Source of the DNA: Candidatus Omnitrophota bacterium
GTDB lineage: Bacteria > Omnitrophota > Gorgyraeia > Gygaellales > Profunditerraquicolaceae
Length of the DNA: 64,000 nucleotides
NCBI GenBank assembly: GCA_026387455.1
Contig: JAPLLR010000046.1
Location: forward strand, 4,921-68,920
Direction of reading: 5' to 3'
Below, piece by piece: positions 1-8,000 of the stretch. The notes beneath the pieces are model-generated. The model made no database searches. It had not been told where the DNA came from and was given only the letters and a program-made list of their open reading frames with translations. The position numbers and the translations under genes are program-made. The first letter of the stretch is position 1. The number at the start of each line of letters is the position of its first letter.

Positions 1-1640
1 CTGTTGGTTATAAAGGAAATATTGATAACGAACCGGCTTTACAGAAGGCTGTAAACCAAGATGCCCAGAATAGGCAAGATGCTCAGAAGTATGGCATTAA
101 GTATGACCCTAACAATCAGGCAGGGTTTCAGAAGGCTTTAGAGAAGGCCAAGGCCGCTAATCCAGCTGGTGTTCAAAGCACTTCGGCTCCGGGTAAGGCA
201 GTACAAGATTCCCTTGGAGCAGGAGCATCCCAGAAAGATAAAAAATCCCAGGATGTACCGTCAAGTAAACCATTAGGATTTGGGGAATTTAATTTAACCA
301 TGTCTCCTGAAGATACTTGGAGCCATATGTCAGCAGCAGACGTAAATGGCCTTTCGCCAGAGGAACGCGGGAAAGCTATAGCACATAGAACTAAAATAGC
401 AGAAGAAAAACAAGCAGAAACAAAATTAGTGCAGGACAGTTGGTCAAAATTTGAACAAAGTGACGGCGCTGCTTCTCTGGATGCCTTAGTGAATTTAAAA
501 GAACATAATAGATACTCTAGGGTAGAGGGAGCAGAAGATAAGATTAAAAACTATAACCCTGAGAGATTCTTTAAGGAGCAGTACGAGCAAGATTCAGAAG
601 CATTGGCTGATATTAAAGTACTGGGAAAACTTGCGGAAATGGGCAATACTCAAGCTGAAGAATTGTTGAAAAAAATAGACCCCAAGCAGATCAGTGCTCC
701 GAGTCTTAAGACTATGGAAGCATTGGCAGGGTATAGAAATCCCTTGGCAGTAGCTATGTTTTACAGGGGCGAACTGGGTTCTGCCGAAGAGAGCGCATTC
801 AGAAGTTATCTCTATGGAAATTATGGTGGGCCTAGTAATTCAGAAAATAGAAAAGAACTAATCCAAGATTTGCGTCAGAATCCCCAGACTGAAGAAATAG
901 GAGATTTGCTTGCGCAGACCGAGTCACAGGGCATTACCCAGCCTTTTACCTTTAGTCTACCGGATCTACAAAAGATAGTAGAAAGCAGCGAAAATATAGG
1001 GGATGAAGACACTCGACCTTGGGCTCTTATTATTGCTCCCCAAAGAGACGATAATAAAGCTTTCATGGAAGTTCCGGGAGCACCCGGAAAAGCCACAATC
1101 TCTGAATTAATTGATAATGGATATCGCATAAAATATGTTGAAGCTGGGGGAGGAGATACGACGCCGGGAGAGGAAATCCCTAAGATTATAAAAGACTTTT
1201 CTCAAGAGCCGGCTTCACAAGGCCAAAAGCCGGCAGTAGTTGATATCAGGGGGCATGGTTCTACTGACGGAAGGTCAATGACTTTTGGAGATAAGCCTGA
1301 CTGGGGTAATGGAGTGCCTGATCTTTCAAACAGTTTTTCTGCTTATGACGCTGACAAGAACGCTGAAGATTTGTCACCTTATATAGGCACAAATACGATA
1401 ATACTCGTGGAAAGTTGTTCTTCCGGTAAATGCAGCACTAACCAGGTCCCAACTAAAAATGTCGCGCAATTAATCCGTCAATATTTCCCATCAAGAGGAA
1501 CAATCTATGCGCCGACAGAACCAACTCCCGGAACTACACCGAAATTTGATTCCATAAGCCATCAAGTTACTGATGTTGGGTTTCCAAATTCAGGAACTTA
1601 TACAAATTTTCCAACCGCAGTCGGGACAGATAATAAATAA
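1..1640 (+). CDS. 3' portion of a larger ORF (5' end lies outside the window); hypothetical protein whose C-terminal part has a caspase/CHAT-like (clan CD) Cys-peptidase motif order
   Basis: The frame of track ORF 300..1640 stays open back to nt 3 (VGYKGNIDNEPALQKAVNQDAQ...), so the Met at 300 is probably internal. The C-terminal part shows the ordered pattern PWALIIAP ... VVDIRGHGSTDG ... TIILVESCSSG (strand, His-Gly, then Cys after a hydrophobic strand). The CDS call is solid; the peptidase-fold reading is weak (about 0.3). Confidence 0.6.
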   Translation, partial: VGYKGNIDNEPALQKAVNQDAQNRQDAQKYGIKYDPNNQAGFQKALEKAKAANPAGVQSTSAPGKAVQDSLGAGASQKDKKSQDVPSSKPLGFGEFNLTMSPEDTWSHMSAADVNGLSPEERGKAIAHRTKIAEEKQAETKLVQDSWSKFEQSDGAASLDALVNLKEHNRYSRVEGAEDKIKNYNPERFFKEQYEQDSEALADIKVLGKLAEMGNTQAEELLKKIDPKQISAPSLKTMEALAGYRNPLAVAMFYRGELGSAEESAFRSYLYGNYGGPSNSENRKELIQDLRQNPQTEEIGDLLAQTESQGITQPFTFSLPDLQKIVESSENIGDEDTRPWALIIAPQRDDNKAFMEVPGAPGKATISELIDNGYRIKYVEAGGGDTTPGEEIPKIIKDFSQEPASQGQKPAVVDIRGHGSTDGRSMTFGDKPDWGNGVPDLSNSFSAYDADKNAEDLSPYIGTNTIILVESCSSGKCSTNQVPTKNVAQLIRQYFPSRGTIYAPTEPTPGTTPKFDSISHQVTDVGFPNSGTYTNFPTAVGTDNK

Positions 1641-1734
1641 ATATCTAGTTAATCCAAGCATAACCCTCTGTCATTTCCCAATAAAACTAAAAGAGACTAT
1701 AAATTTCTGTTGCAAGAGCTGATCTGTTTCCGCC

Positions 1735-1763
1735 TTGACAAAAAATTCGTTCGGTAGGATAAT
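1735..1763 (+). promoter_or_regulatory. sigma70-like promoter upstream of the first secretion ATPase
   Basis: TTGACA (1735-1740), 17-nt spacer, GATAAT (1758-1763). A GAGAGG Shine-Dalgarno-like element at 1809-1814 lies 5 nt before ATG 1820. Confidence 0.45.
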
Positions 1764-1819
1764 ACAGTTGCTTCGCATAAAATTAAATTAATTTGTAAGT
1801 ATAAAAAAGAGAGGCTGAT

Positions 1820-2893
1820 ATGGAAAGTAAGAAATTAGATTTAGGCCCGGTTCAGAAACTTATTGATGACCCCTCAATATCCGAGATTATGGTTAATGGC
1901 CCTAAAAAGATATTTGTGGAGAAAAACGGGAAAAAGATGTTAAGTGATAGTGTGTTTTCCGGAGAGGAAGAGCTGCTCAGAACTATAGAAAAGTTTTTTA
2001 GTGCCGTTGGGAAACGCGTTGGTAAGGATATCCCTTATGGAGACGTCTGTCTTGAGGATGGCACACGCGTAAATATAATGATGGCGCCTGTTTCACGTTT
2101 TGGTACAGCAGTAACCTTCAGGAAATTCTCTAAGCAGATAGGCTCACTCCAGGATCTAATTGCTAATGGAACCTTAACCCAGAAAGCAGCCGAATTTCTG
2201 ATAGCCTCCATTAAGGGCAAGATAAATATAATATTTTCCGGGGGTACGGGAACTGGCAAAACTACGCTTTTGCAAATGCTTTCTAATTATTTCGCTCCCC
2301 AGGAAAGAGTAGTTACTATTGAAGATGCCGCAGAACTAAGATTCACGCAGGAGAACTATATTTCTATGGAGACAAGGACGCCTGATGAATTTGGCAAGGG
2401 AGGGGTTAGTCTGAAAGATTTAATTTCCAATGCCTTGCGTATGACTCCCGATCGCATTATCGTAGGCGAGGTGCGCGGAGAAGAGGCGATAAACATGTTT
2501 CAGGCTATGGCTACGGGCCATTCCGGGACCATAGGGGTTGTGCATGGAAATTCACCTAAGGATGTGGTAGCCCGCTTAGAAACTATGGTTTTAATGTCAG
2601 GGATGAATATCCCGATGTTAGAATCAAGAAAAATAATTGCTTCTACTATTAATTTAATTGTTCATTTAGAAAGAGTCCAGGATGGTAGCCGTAAGGTTAC
2701 CTATATCACTGAAGTCAGAGGTTTGGATAATAATGAAATCCTGCTTAATGATTTATTTAGTTTTAGTTTTGAGAAGATGGAAAATGATAAAGTAATAGGA
2801 AGCCTTAAGCCGACAATAAAATATTATCCTTTATTCTTTCAGCGCTTTCAGAAACTAAACTTATTAGCTAATGATATATTCGTTAGTGATTAA
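1820..2893 (+). CDS. cpaF: CpaF/TadA-family (Tad/Flp-pilus type, T2SSE superfamily) secretion ATPase
   Basis: 357 aa. Motifs seen: ISEIMVNGPKKIFVEKNGK; Walker A GGTGTGKTT; VVTIEDAAEL (Asp box); Walker B/Arg finger LRMTPDRIIVGEVRGEEA; His box QAMATGHSGTIGVVHGNS; C-terminal RKVTYITEV. This is the full motif series of CpaF/VirB11-type hexameric ATPases. Confidence 0.85.
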   Translation: MESKKLDLGPVQKLIDDPSISEIMVNGPKKIFVEKNGKKMLSDSVFSGEEELLRTIEKFFSAVGKRVGKDIPYGDVCLEDGTRVNIMMAPVSRFGTAVTFRKFSKQIGSLQDLIANGTLTQKAAEFLIASIKGKINIIFSGGTGTGKTTLLQMLSNYFAPQERVVTIEDAAELRFTQENYISMETRTPDEFGKGGVSLKDLISNALRMTPDRIIVGEVRGEEAINMFQAMATGHSGTIGVVHGNSPKDVVARLETMVLMSGMNIPMLESRKIIASTINLIVHLERVQDGSRKVTYITEVRGLDNNEILLNDLFSFSFEKMENDKVIGSLKPTIKYYPLFFQRFQKLNLLANDIFVSD

Positions 2894-2900
2894 ATGAGCC

Positions 2901-2929
2901 TTTAACGGACGCAATATCCGTGATATAAT
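2901..2929 (+). promoter_or_regulatory. possible extended -10 promoter for the second ATPase
   Basis: TGaTATAAT at 2921-2929 with a weak -35 TTTAAC at 2901-2906 (17-nt spacer). It follows a small hairpin, ACGGA-cgcaata-TCCGT (2905-2921). Confidence 0.3.
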
Positions 2930-2993
2930 ATAAACAATGTGTAACGGCAGGCATAAAGCGAATAGAATTTAAGGGAGAAAGACGGCTAAGCTT

Positions 2994-4322
2994 ATGGAAA
3001 AAGAAAGAATTGCGATAGAAAACGAGATTCTGGACAGGCTGGCAGGCAAGATCTTTCTTTTGCAGGACCGGGCGAATAAGCGCGATATCATTTTTCAGAA
3101 GTTCCTGGAGGTGTATAATTCTATCCCCGGACAGGGGCTGGTGAGCAAGTTAAAAAACACGGACATGGAAGTCCTTTTTAATGATTTTTTTTCTTACGGG
3201 TTGATCGACGAGTTTCTTTCTGACCCAAAAGTAGAAGATATCATGATCAACCATCTTTCTCCTATATACGTGCATAAGACAAACTCCGGGTTGGTTAAGA
3301 CAGATAAGAGGTACACCTCCCGCGAAGAGCTGGATCTGTTGATTAAAAAGCTGGTTATTTTTTCTGGCAGGAAAGAAATCAAGAAGATCAACAATATAGA
3401 GCTTGCTGAGGTTAAAGGAAGAGGCAACATAGTTTATTCTCCTTTCGGGCCGCAGATCACAATCACGCGCGCCAAGGAAAAGCCGCTAAGCATAATTGAG
3501 TTGATTGAGAATGGTACGCTTAACCCTGAGATCGCTGCGCAGTTCTGGTTTTATGTGGAAGGATTAGGGGTTAAGCCCGCAAATATTGTCATATCCGGCG
3601 GGCCCGGGGCGGGAAAATCCACGCTCTTAAACGCGCTTTTTAGTTTTATTCCCGTACATGACCGCATTGTAGTCATTGAAGATACTCTGGAGTTAAATAC
3701 CACCCTTCAGGAGAATTGCTCGCGCCTGGAAAGCGATGAAGATGTATTGCTTATGGATTTGGTGAAGAACTCCCTGCGTATGCGGCCGGACAGGATCATT
3801 GTCGGCGAGGTCCGCGGCCAGGAAGCCCAGGATTTGATGACGGCGATGAACATCGGTAAATACTGCATGGGAACAATGCATGCTTCTACCGCCAGGGAAA
3901 CGATCATCAGGCTTCAGAACGAGCCGATGAATGTTCCGGAAGTATTGGTAAATTTAGTGGATGTATTTGTGATTATGCGGCGTTATAATTTAAACGGCAG
4001 AATTAGCCGCGTGGTCGGCGAGCTGGCAGAGACTGCCGGTATGGCGGATAAGACGATCTTGCTTTCTACGCTATGGACTTATGATTTAGGAACGAATAAT
4101 TTTAAAGAATCTTCCGTAGGCAGCGAATACCGCGATAGGCTTGCGTTAGTGAGCGGTAGGAGCACAGTGGAGATTATGGAAGAATTGAAGTTTCGCTCCG
4201 GTATTATCAGGGCGATGTTGAAAAAAGGCATTAAGGAAATGAAGGATGTAACGGAATTTTTCCAGAGGTATGCCGCTGATCCCCGAGAGGCGGCCGCTTC
4301 ATTAGGCATTAAGAGTAGTTAG
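2994..4322 (+). CDS. second, divergent T2SSE-superfamily (FlaI/VirB11/TadA-like) secretion ATPase
   Basis: 442 aa. Motifs seen: VEDIMINHLSPIYVHK; Walker A GGPGAGKST; IVVIEDTLEL; LRMRPDRIIVGEVRGQEA; His-box-like GTMHAST. It is a paralogue of the preceding gene but clearly diverged, with a longer N-terminal domain. Confidence 0.8.
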   Translation: MEKERIAIENEILDRLAGKIFLLQDRANKRDIIFQKFLEVYNSIPGQGLVSKLKNTDMEVLFNDFFSYGLIDEFLSDPKVEDIMINHLSPIYVHKTNSGLVKTDKRYTSREELDLLIKKLVIFSGRKEIKKINNIELAEVKGRGNIVYSPFGPQITITRAKEKPLSIIELIENGTLNPEIAAQFWFYVEGLGVKPANIVISGGPGAGKSTLLNALFSFIPVHDRIVVIEDTLELNTTLQENCSRLESDEDVLLMDLVKNSLRMRPDRIIVGEVRGQEAQDLMTAMNIGKYCMGTMHASTARETIIRLQNEPMNVPEVLVNLVDVFVIMRRYNLNGRISRVVGELAETAGMADKTILLSTLWTYDLGTNNFKESSVGSEYRDRLALVSGRSTVEIMEELKFRSGIIRAMLKKGIKEMKDVTEFFQRYAADPREAAASLGIKSS

Positions 4323-4335
4323 GGACACTTCCTAC
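4319..4335. repeat. left inverted repeat of the transposase cassette
   Basis: TTAGGGACACTTCCTAC. It contains the TAG stop (4320-4322) of the upstream ATPase gene. Confidence 0.9.
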
Positions 4336-4440
4336 CTTAGTAACATCATTTATATCAAGCACTTAGGATAATCAGGCTAAAATTCCACAAATTTTTCTGT
4401 TAGATTTTGCCACTTCCTTCGTCTATTATAGTGAGGAGGA

Positions 4441-5058
4441 ATGGTTATGTCTAGGACGGCACGCTTCATTCCACGGTATGGCTATCTACACATTATGTCA
4501 CGAGGTAATAATCGCCAACGCATTTTCTCATATGCACGCGACTATCGATTTTATTGCTCATGTTTGAGGAAACTTAAGGCAGAGGAGTCAGTTAAGATTC
4601 ATCACTATTGCTTGATGCCGAACCACCTACACCTTTTGCTTGGTGTAGGGCCGGCAAGCAATGTCGGCCGCTTCATGCAAAGGCTTGGGCTGAAGTATTT
4701 CTACTATTATCGCGCAAGGCGCGATTATATAGGGCATCTATTGCAAGGTAGGTTTAAGAGCAAGATAATTGTTGATGAAAAGTACTTTCTGCAATGCGGA
4801 AAGTATATTGAGTTAAACCCGGTGCGAGCGCAGCTGGTGAGTTTTCCGGAAGAATACGCTTATTCAAGCTATCGGCATTATGCCTTAGGAGGGGAAGATG
4901 AGATCGTCGATGACGACTTTTTCTATCTTAGCCTGCACAACGATGCCACTCGTCGAAAGGAGCTTTATTCAAATATGCTCTTTGATGAGAAAGGGTGTGC
5001 GAAACAATTGCATATTGATTCTTCTAACTTAATGTTTAACAATGAGTTAATAGAGTAG
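4441..5058 (+). CDS. REP-associated tyrosine transposase / IS200-like Y1 transposase (HUH superfamily, COG1943-like)
   Basis: 205 aa with a strong SD (GAGGAGG) before the ATG. HUH motif in HHYCLMPNHLHLLL; GHLLQGRFKSK; C-terminal YIELNPVRAQLV..PEEYAYSSYRHY with the catalytic-Tyr region typical of this family. Confidence 0.8.
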   Translation: MVMSRTARFIPRYGYLHIMSRGNNRQRIFSYARDYRFYCSCLRKLKAEESVKIHHYCLMPNHLHLLLGVGPASNVGRFMQRLGLKYFYYYRARRDYIGHLLQGRFKSKIIVDEKYFLQCGKYIELNPVRAQLVSFPEEYAYSSYRHYALGGEDEIVDDDFFYLSLHNDATRRKELYSNMLFDEKGCAKQLHIDSSNLMFNNELIE

Positions 5059-5072
5059 GAAGTGTCCCTAAT
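5056..5072. repeat. right inverted repeat of the transposase cassette
   Basis: GTAGGAAGTGTCCCTAA. It contains the TAG stop of the transposase (5056-5058) and, on the other strand, the TAG stop (5068-5070) of the convergent TPR gene. Confidence 0.9.
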
Positions 5073-6132
5073 ATCTTTTTTTAGAGCGAATAAACTCGGC
5101 TTTTTCAGATGCCTCTTTGGCTTTATCAGGTTTATTCATCTTTCGATAAAACTTTGCCATATTTTCCAGAACCTTGGCTACGTTTAGATGTTCCTGCCCA
5201 AGATTGCTCATCATTATCTCCAGAGAATCTTCATAAATATTCACTGCTTCTGCATATCGGGTTTCTTTTAAATAAAGCATAGGAAGATTATCTAAAACCC
5301 TGGGTGCATCCGGATGCCAAGGGCCGATATAAAGGTCATTGATATCCATTAGCCGTTTATAAATAGGCTCATTGATTTGTGACCATAGCTTGGCTGCCTC
5401 TGATTTAAGGCGGTTTATTGCCTTGTCAATGCTGGCATCCTCTTGATAAAAACAACTCTTGAACACTCCCCAGGCATACCTGTAATATTGTTCAGCTTCT
5501 GTAAATTTTTGCTGTTTTTCATATAATTTACCCATATCGGATGCCAAACGAATCAGTTTAGGATACTCTTGTCCGGAGTCTGCGATTGCCTGTAGGGAAG
5601 TCTTTAAAATACTTTCCGCCTCGGCGTATTTATGCTGATCCAGATATAAAGAACCTAGGTGGCTACGGACAATAGCAACGGCAGGATCATTGCTGCCTAA
5701 GTTTTTCTCCAGTATGTCTATAGAATTATTGTAAGAACTTTCCGCCTCGTTGAATTTACGCCACGCCTGATAATTCTCTCCCAGGGCATTCCAGACTTTA
5801 GCTGTATAAAGATTATCCAGCCCCAGGGTTAATTCATAGATTCCCAAAGCTTTTTGATAAAGCTCGTCAGCTTGCGCATAGTTGCCTTTAATCTTATAAA
5901 GAGTTGCTAAATTATTAATCATTGCAGCATCGTTAGGATGATCAGGCCCGAATTTTTTTTCAATTACGCCCAGGGCGCTAGTGCCCAGATCTATAGCTTT
6001 TTGATAATCCCCATAGATATAGGCATCGTTATATCCGTCAAGATATTCTTCAACTTGCCAGGATATATCTTCTTCAGCGTAAATTGAGGTAAATACAACA
6101 GCTATAAAAATGGCGATTAGAATCTTGCGCAT
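5068..6132 (-). CDS. secreted/periplasmic tetratricopeptide-repeat (TPR_12, kinesin-light-chain-like) protein
   Basis: 354 aa. N-terminal signal peptide MRKILIAIFIAVVFTSIYA. Repeated units of about 42 aa of the form Y..A..LY..AL.I.EK.LG.DHP..A....NLA.LY. GGAGG SD 7 nt before the ATG. Confidence 0.8.
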   Translation of the reverse strand: MRKILIAIFIAVVFTSIYAEEDISWQVEEYLDGYNDAYIYGDYQKAIDLGTSALGVIEKKFGPDHPNDAAMINNLATLYKIKGNYAQADELYQKALGIYELTLGLDNLYTAKVWNALGENYQAWRKFNEAESSYNNSIDILEKNLGSNDPAVAIVRSHLGSLYLDQHKYAEAESILKTSLQAIADSGQEYPKLIRLASDMGKLYEKQQKFTEAEQYYRYAWGVFKSCFYQEDASIDKAINRLKSEAAKLWSQINEPIYKRLMDINDLYIGPWHPDAPRVLDNLPMLYLKETRYAEAVNIYEDSLEIMMSNLGQEHLNVAKVLENMAKFYRKMNKPDKAKEASEKAEFIRSKKRY

Positions 6133-6170
6133 TCATTCCTCCGATTTAACAACTTTAAGATCTTAATTAT

Positions 6171-6199
6171 ATTATAGTCTATTTCTTTCGATTTTACAA
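6171..6199 (-). promoter_or_regulatory. sigma70-like promoter of the TPR gene
   Basis: Read on the minus strand: TTGTAA (6199-6194), 17-nt spacer, TATAAT (6176-6171), then GGAGG and the ATG at 6132. Confidence 0.55.
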
Positions 6200-6216
6200 A
6201 TACTTTTGTCTCAAGC

Positions 6217-6260
6217 AATGTCCAATCTGTAATAAACTAGGCAAGGAATGTCCATTATTA
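6217..6260 (+). repeat. pair of AATGTCCA-motif sites upstream of the Asn/Ser-rich gene
   Basis: aatgtccaatctgt (6217-6230) and aatgtccattatta (6247-6260). They match the second pair at 7647-7680. The 12-mer tgtccaatctgt is identical at 6219-6230 and 7669-7680. Confidence 0.6.
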
Positions 6261-6392
6261 CCCAGAGACGCTTTTAGCTTTGGCTTGAGGGGTGCTTTTG
6301 TTTCTAGGAGAGAAAACGCTATCAATTAGTTAGTTTTTAGCGTTGATAAAGTTGGTCTGCATGTTACACTTTACCTATACTGGAATAAAACT

Positions 6393-7637
6393 ATGGAAGG
6401 CCTAATGATTGCAAAGCCAGCAAGATTACTTATTTTAGTTTTAATAATTGTTTTGAGCCTATTGTCTTCTAGGGTTGAGGCAGAAGATTATTATAGCGGC
6501 AACCCCTACTCTTCTCCGGAGCCAAGTTCTTCCGACAATCAGGCCCCCAATAATAGTTACAATAATTCCACGGTGATAAGCTCGTTTAATCCGCAGCCCG
6601 GCGGAGTAAATAATATTCCTAATAGTTACAATAATTCCACGGTGATAAGCTCGTTTAATTCGCAACCAAGCGCAGCTTATAAGGCCCTTAATAGTTCCAA
6701 TAATTCTATGGTGATAGGCTCGCTTAATTCGCAGTCCGGCGCAGCTTATAAGGCCCCTAGCAATTACAATAGTTACACGGTGATAAGCCCGTTTAGCTAT
6801 AACACATCTTCGCAGCCCGGCGGAGGATATAATAACTCGGGCAGCATAACAAGCTATCCTAACAGTTACAACAATTCCACGGTGACATATTCGTTTAGTT
6901 ATAACACACCTTCGCAGCCCGGCGGGGGCTATAATAACTCGGGCAGCATGACAAGCTATCCTAGCAGTTACAATAATCCCATGCTGACAAGCCCGTCTAG
7001 TTATACCACGCCTTCGCAGTCCGCAGAAGCTTATGATAACTCAGAAAGTATATACTCCAGCTCTGCTTCGCTATCCAATTACAATAGCGCTACTAATACG
7101 CCGAATTATGATAATACTGTGGCTCAAAGCGCCCCAACAATATATAATGATTTATCAGAAGCTATTTATAACTCTCCGGTAGTAACACAAGCCGAGAAAT
7201 TTGGTTTAAGCGTAGAGAAAATCGGAGGGGGGGTAGGGATTACGCCGTACGATCCTGTGAAAGATGCTGTTGTATCAGCTCTTAACGAAGGTTATGAATC
7301 AGTTGTAGTAACCGGCGAGGGGGTATTGATACCCAATCCGATACAAGGTGACAAGAAAAGCGTAGTTATAGACAATAATAATCCTTCCCTTATCGGGCCG
7401 AATGGTCTTTATAGTACGTACAGGTCTACAGCAGATTTGCTCGGGGATATTTCTTCTCATGATGCTAAAGTGGCTGCGGCAGCATATACCCCAACTTCAG
7501 TAGCGCAACCGACTGGCATGCTTTCTAATTATAGCCCGGCACCTGTAAATTATAAAAGCGATACTCCAACAAGTCAGAATTATCAGTATAATGTAGCGAC
7601 CCCACAGGTTGAAGATCCCCAAATAAAGGTAGAATAA
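6393..7637 (+). CDS. secreted low-complexity Asn/Ser/Tyr/Pro-rich repeat protein with a more ordinary C-terminal domain
   Basis: 414 aa. Signal/anchor KPARLLILVLIIVLSLLSSRVEA. Repeats of NSYNNSTVISSFN.QPG / SYNT.SQPGGGYNNSGS.TSYP. The C-terminal region of about 170 aa (AEKFGLSVEKIGGGVGITPYDPVKDAVV...) is not low-complexity. No function recognised. Confidence 0.7.
   Translation: MEGLMIAKPARLLILVLIIVLSLLSSRVEAEDYYSGNPYSSPEPSSSDNQAPNNSYNNSTVISSFNPQPGGVNNIPNSYNNSTVISSFNSQPSAAYKALNSSNNSMVIGSLNSQSGAAYKAPSNYNSYTVISPFSYNTSSQPGGGYNNSGSITSYPNSYNNSTVTYSFSYNTPSQPGGGYNNSGSMTSYPSSYNNPMLTSPSSYTTPSQSAEAYDNSESIYSSSASLSNYNSATNTPNYDNTVAQSAPTIYNDLSEAIYNSPVVTQAEKFGLSVEKIGGGVGITPYDPVKDAVVSALNEGYESVVVTGEGVLIPNPIQGDKKSVVIDNNNPSLIGPNGLYSTYRSTADLLGDISSHDAKVAAAAYTPTSVAQPTGMLSNYSPAPVNYKSDTPTSQNYQYNVATPQVEDPQIKVE
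6541..7010 (+). repeat. in-frame tandem nucleotide repeats inside the Asn/Ser-rich gene
   Basis: A 39-nt exact repeat, aatagttacaataattccacggtgataagctcgtttaat, occurs at 6552-6590 and 6621-6659 (69-nt period). A second repeat family, ttcgcagcccggcgg...tataataactcgggcagcat, starts at about 6809 and 6911 (102-nt period). Confidence 0.85.
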
Positions 7638-7646
7638 TGACACAGT

Positions 7647-7680
7647 AATGTCCACTCTATAGATTGATTGTCCAATCTGT
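7647..7680 (+). repeat. pair of AATGTCCA-motif sites downstream of the Asn/Ser-rich gene
   Basis: aatgtccactctat (7647-7660) and attgtccaatctgt (7667-7680), in the same orientation as the upstream pair. Confidence 0.6.
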
Positions 7681-7852
7681 TCTGATTTCTTCATAGACGT
7701 GAAAATTGGGTCAGGATTATGTTTTTGCTTCAACTTTAGCTAAATAAATGATTCTCATCACCATTTTTTAGCAGGAAGTAAACTCTTTTAGTTGCAATAA
7801 TTAGCGGATTTTAAAGGAAAGAAAGCGGTATCAAAACAAGTAGATTTTATGC

Positions 7853-7880
7853 TTGACAGCGACGATCTTAATGATATACT
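7853..7880 (+). promoter_or_regulatory. near-consensus sigma70 promoter driving the riboswitch leader of the giant gene
   Basis: -35 TTGACA (7853-7858), 16-nt spacer, extended -10 TGaTATACT (7872-7880). Confidence 0.65.
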
Positions 7881-7889
7881 TTGGGTGTA

Positions 7890-8000
7890 ATGAAACGAAA
7901 GGGCAAACCAGGAGTAATCCTGGGGCGCAAAGCCGCGGATCCTAGAAGTTGGATTAAATAATTTTAAGTTTCTAGTTGTTAGGATAGCCGGGCTGCCGAA
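7890..8000 (+). promoter_or_regulatory. c-di-GMP-I (GEMM-I) riboswitch-like aptamer
   Basis: Conserved GEMM-I blocks occur in the right order. These are ACGAAAGGGCAAACC (7895-7909); a hairpin CCAGGA-GUAA-UCCUGG capped by a GNRA-type loop (7908-7923); GGCGCAAAGCC (7924-7934); a long second stem (AUCCUAGAA 7939-7947 pairing with UUCUA 7970-7974 and GGAU 7982-7985); and a 3' block AGCCGGGCUGCC (7986-7997). Compare the V. cholerae Vc2 aptamer as I remember it: ..ACGCACAGGGCAAACC-hairpin(GAAA)-GGGACGCAAAGCC-stem-GGUAGGUAGCGGGGUUACC. Confidence 0.7.

Larger units (their letters stand above)
4319..5072 (+). mobile_element. RayT/IS200-like Y1 (HUH) transposase cassette bounded by perfect 17-bp inverted repeats
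   Basis: TTAGGGACACTTCCTAC (4319-4335) is the exact reverse complement of GTAGGAAGTGTCCCTAA (5056-5072). The pair brackets a single Y1-transposase gene. The repeats carry the GTAG/CTAC tetranucleotide typical of REP sequences. Confidence 0.7.

Noticed and set aside
875-7733. Minus-strand track ORFs inside the upstream genes (875..1129, 2035..2259, 3194..3430, 3693..3881, 3707..3907, 4079..4309, 6459..6665, 7497..7733).
   Set aside because: Each lies antisense within, or overlapping the end of, a well-supported + strand gene and has low-complexity composition. ORF 6459..6665 simply mirrors the coding repeats.
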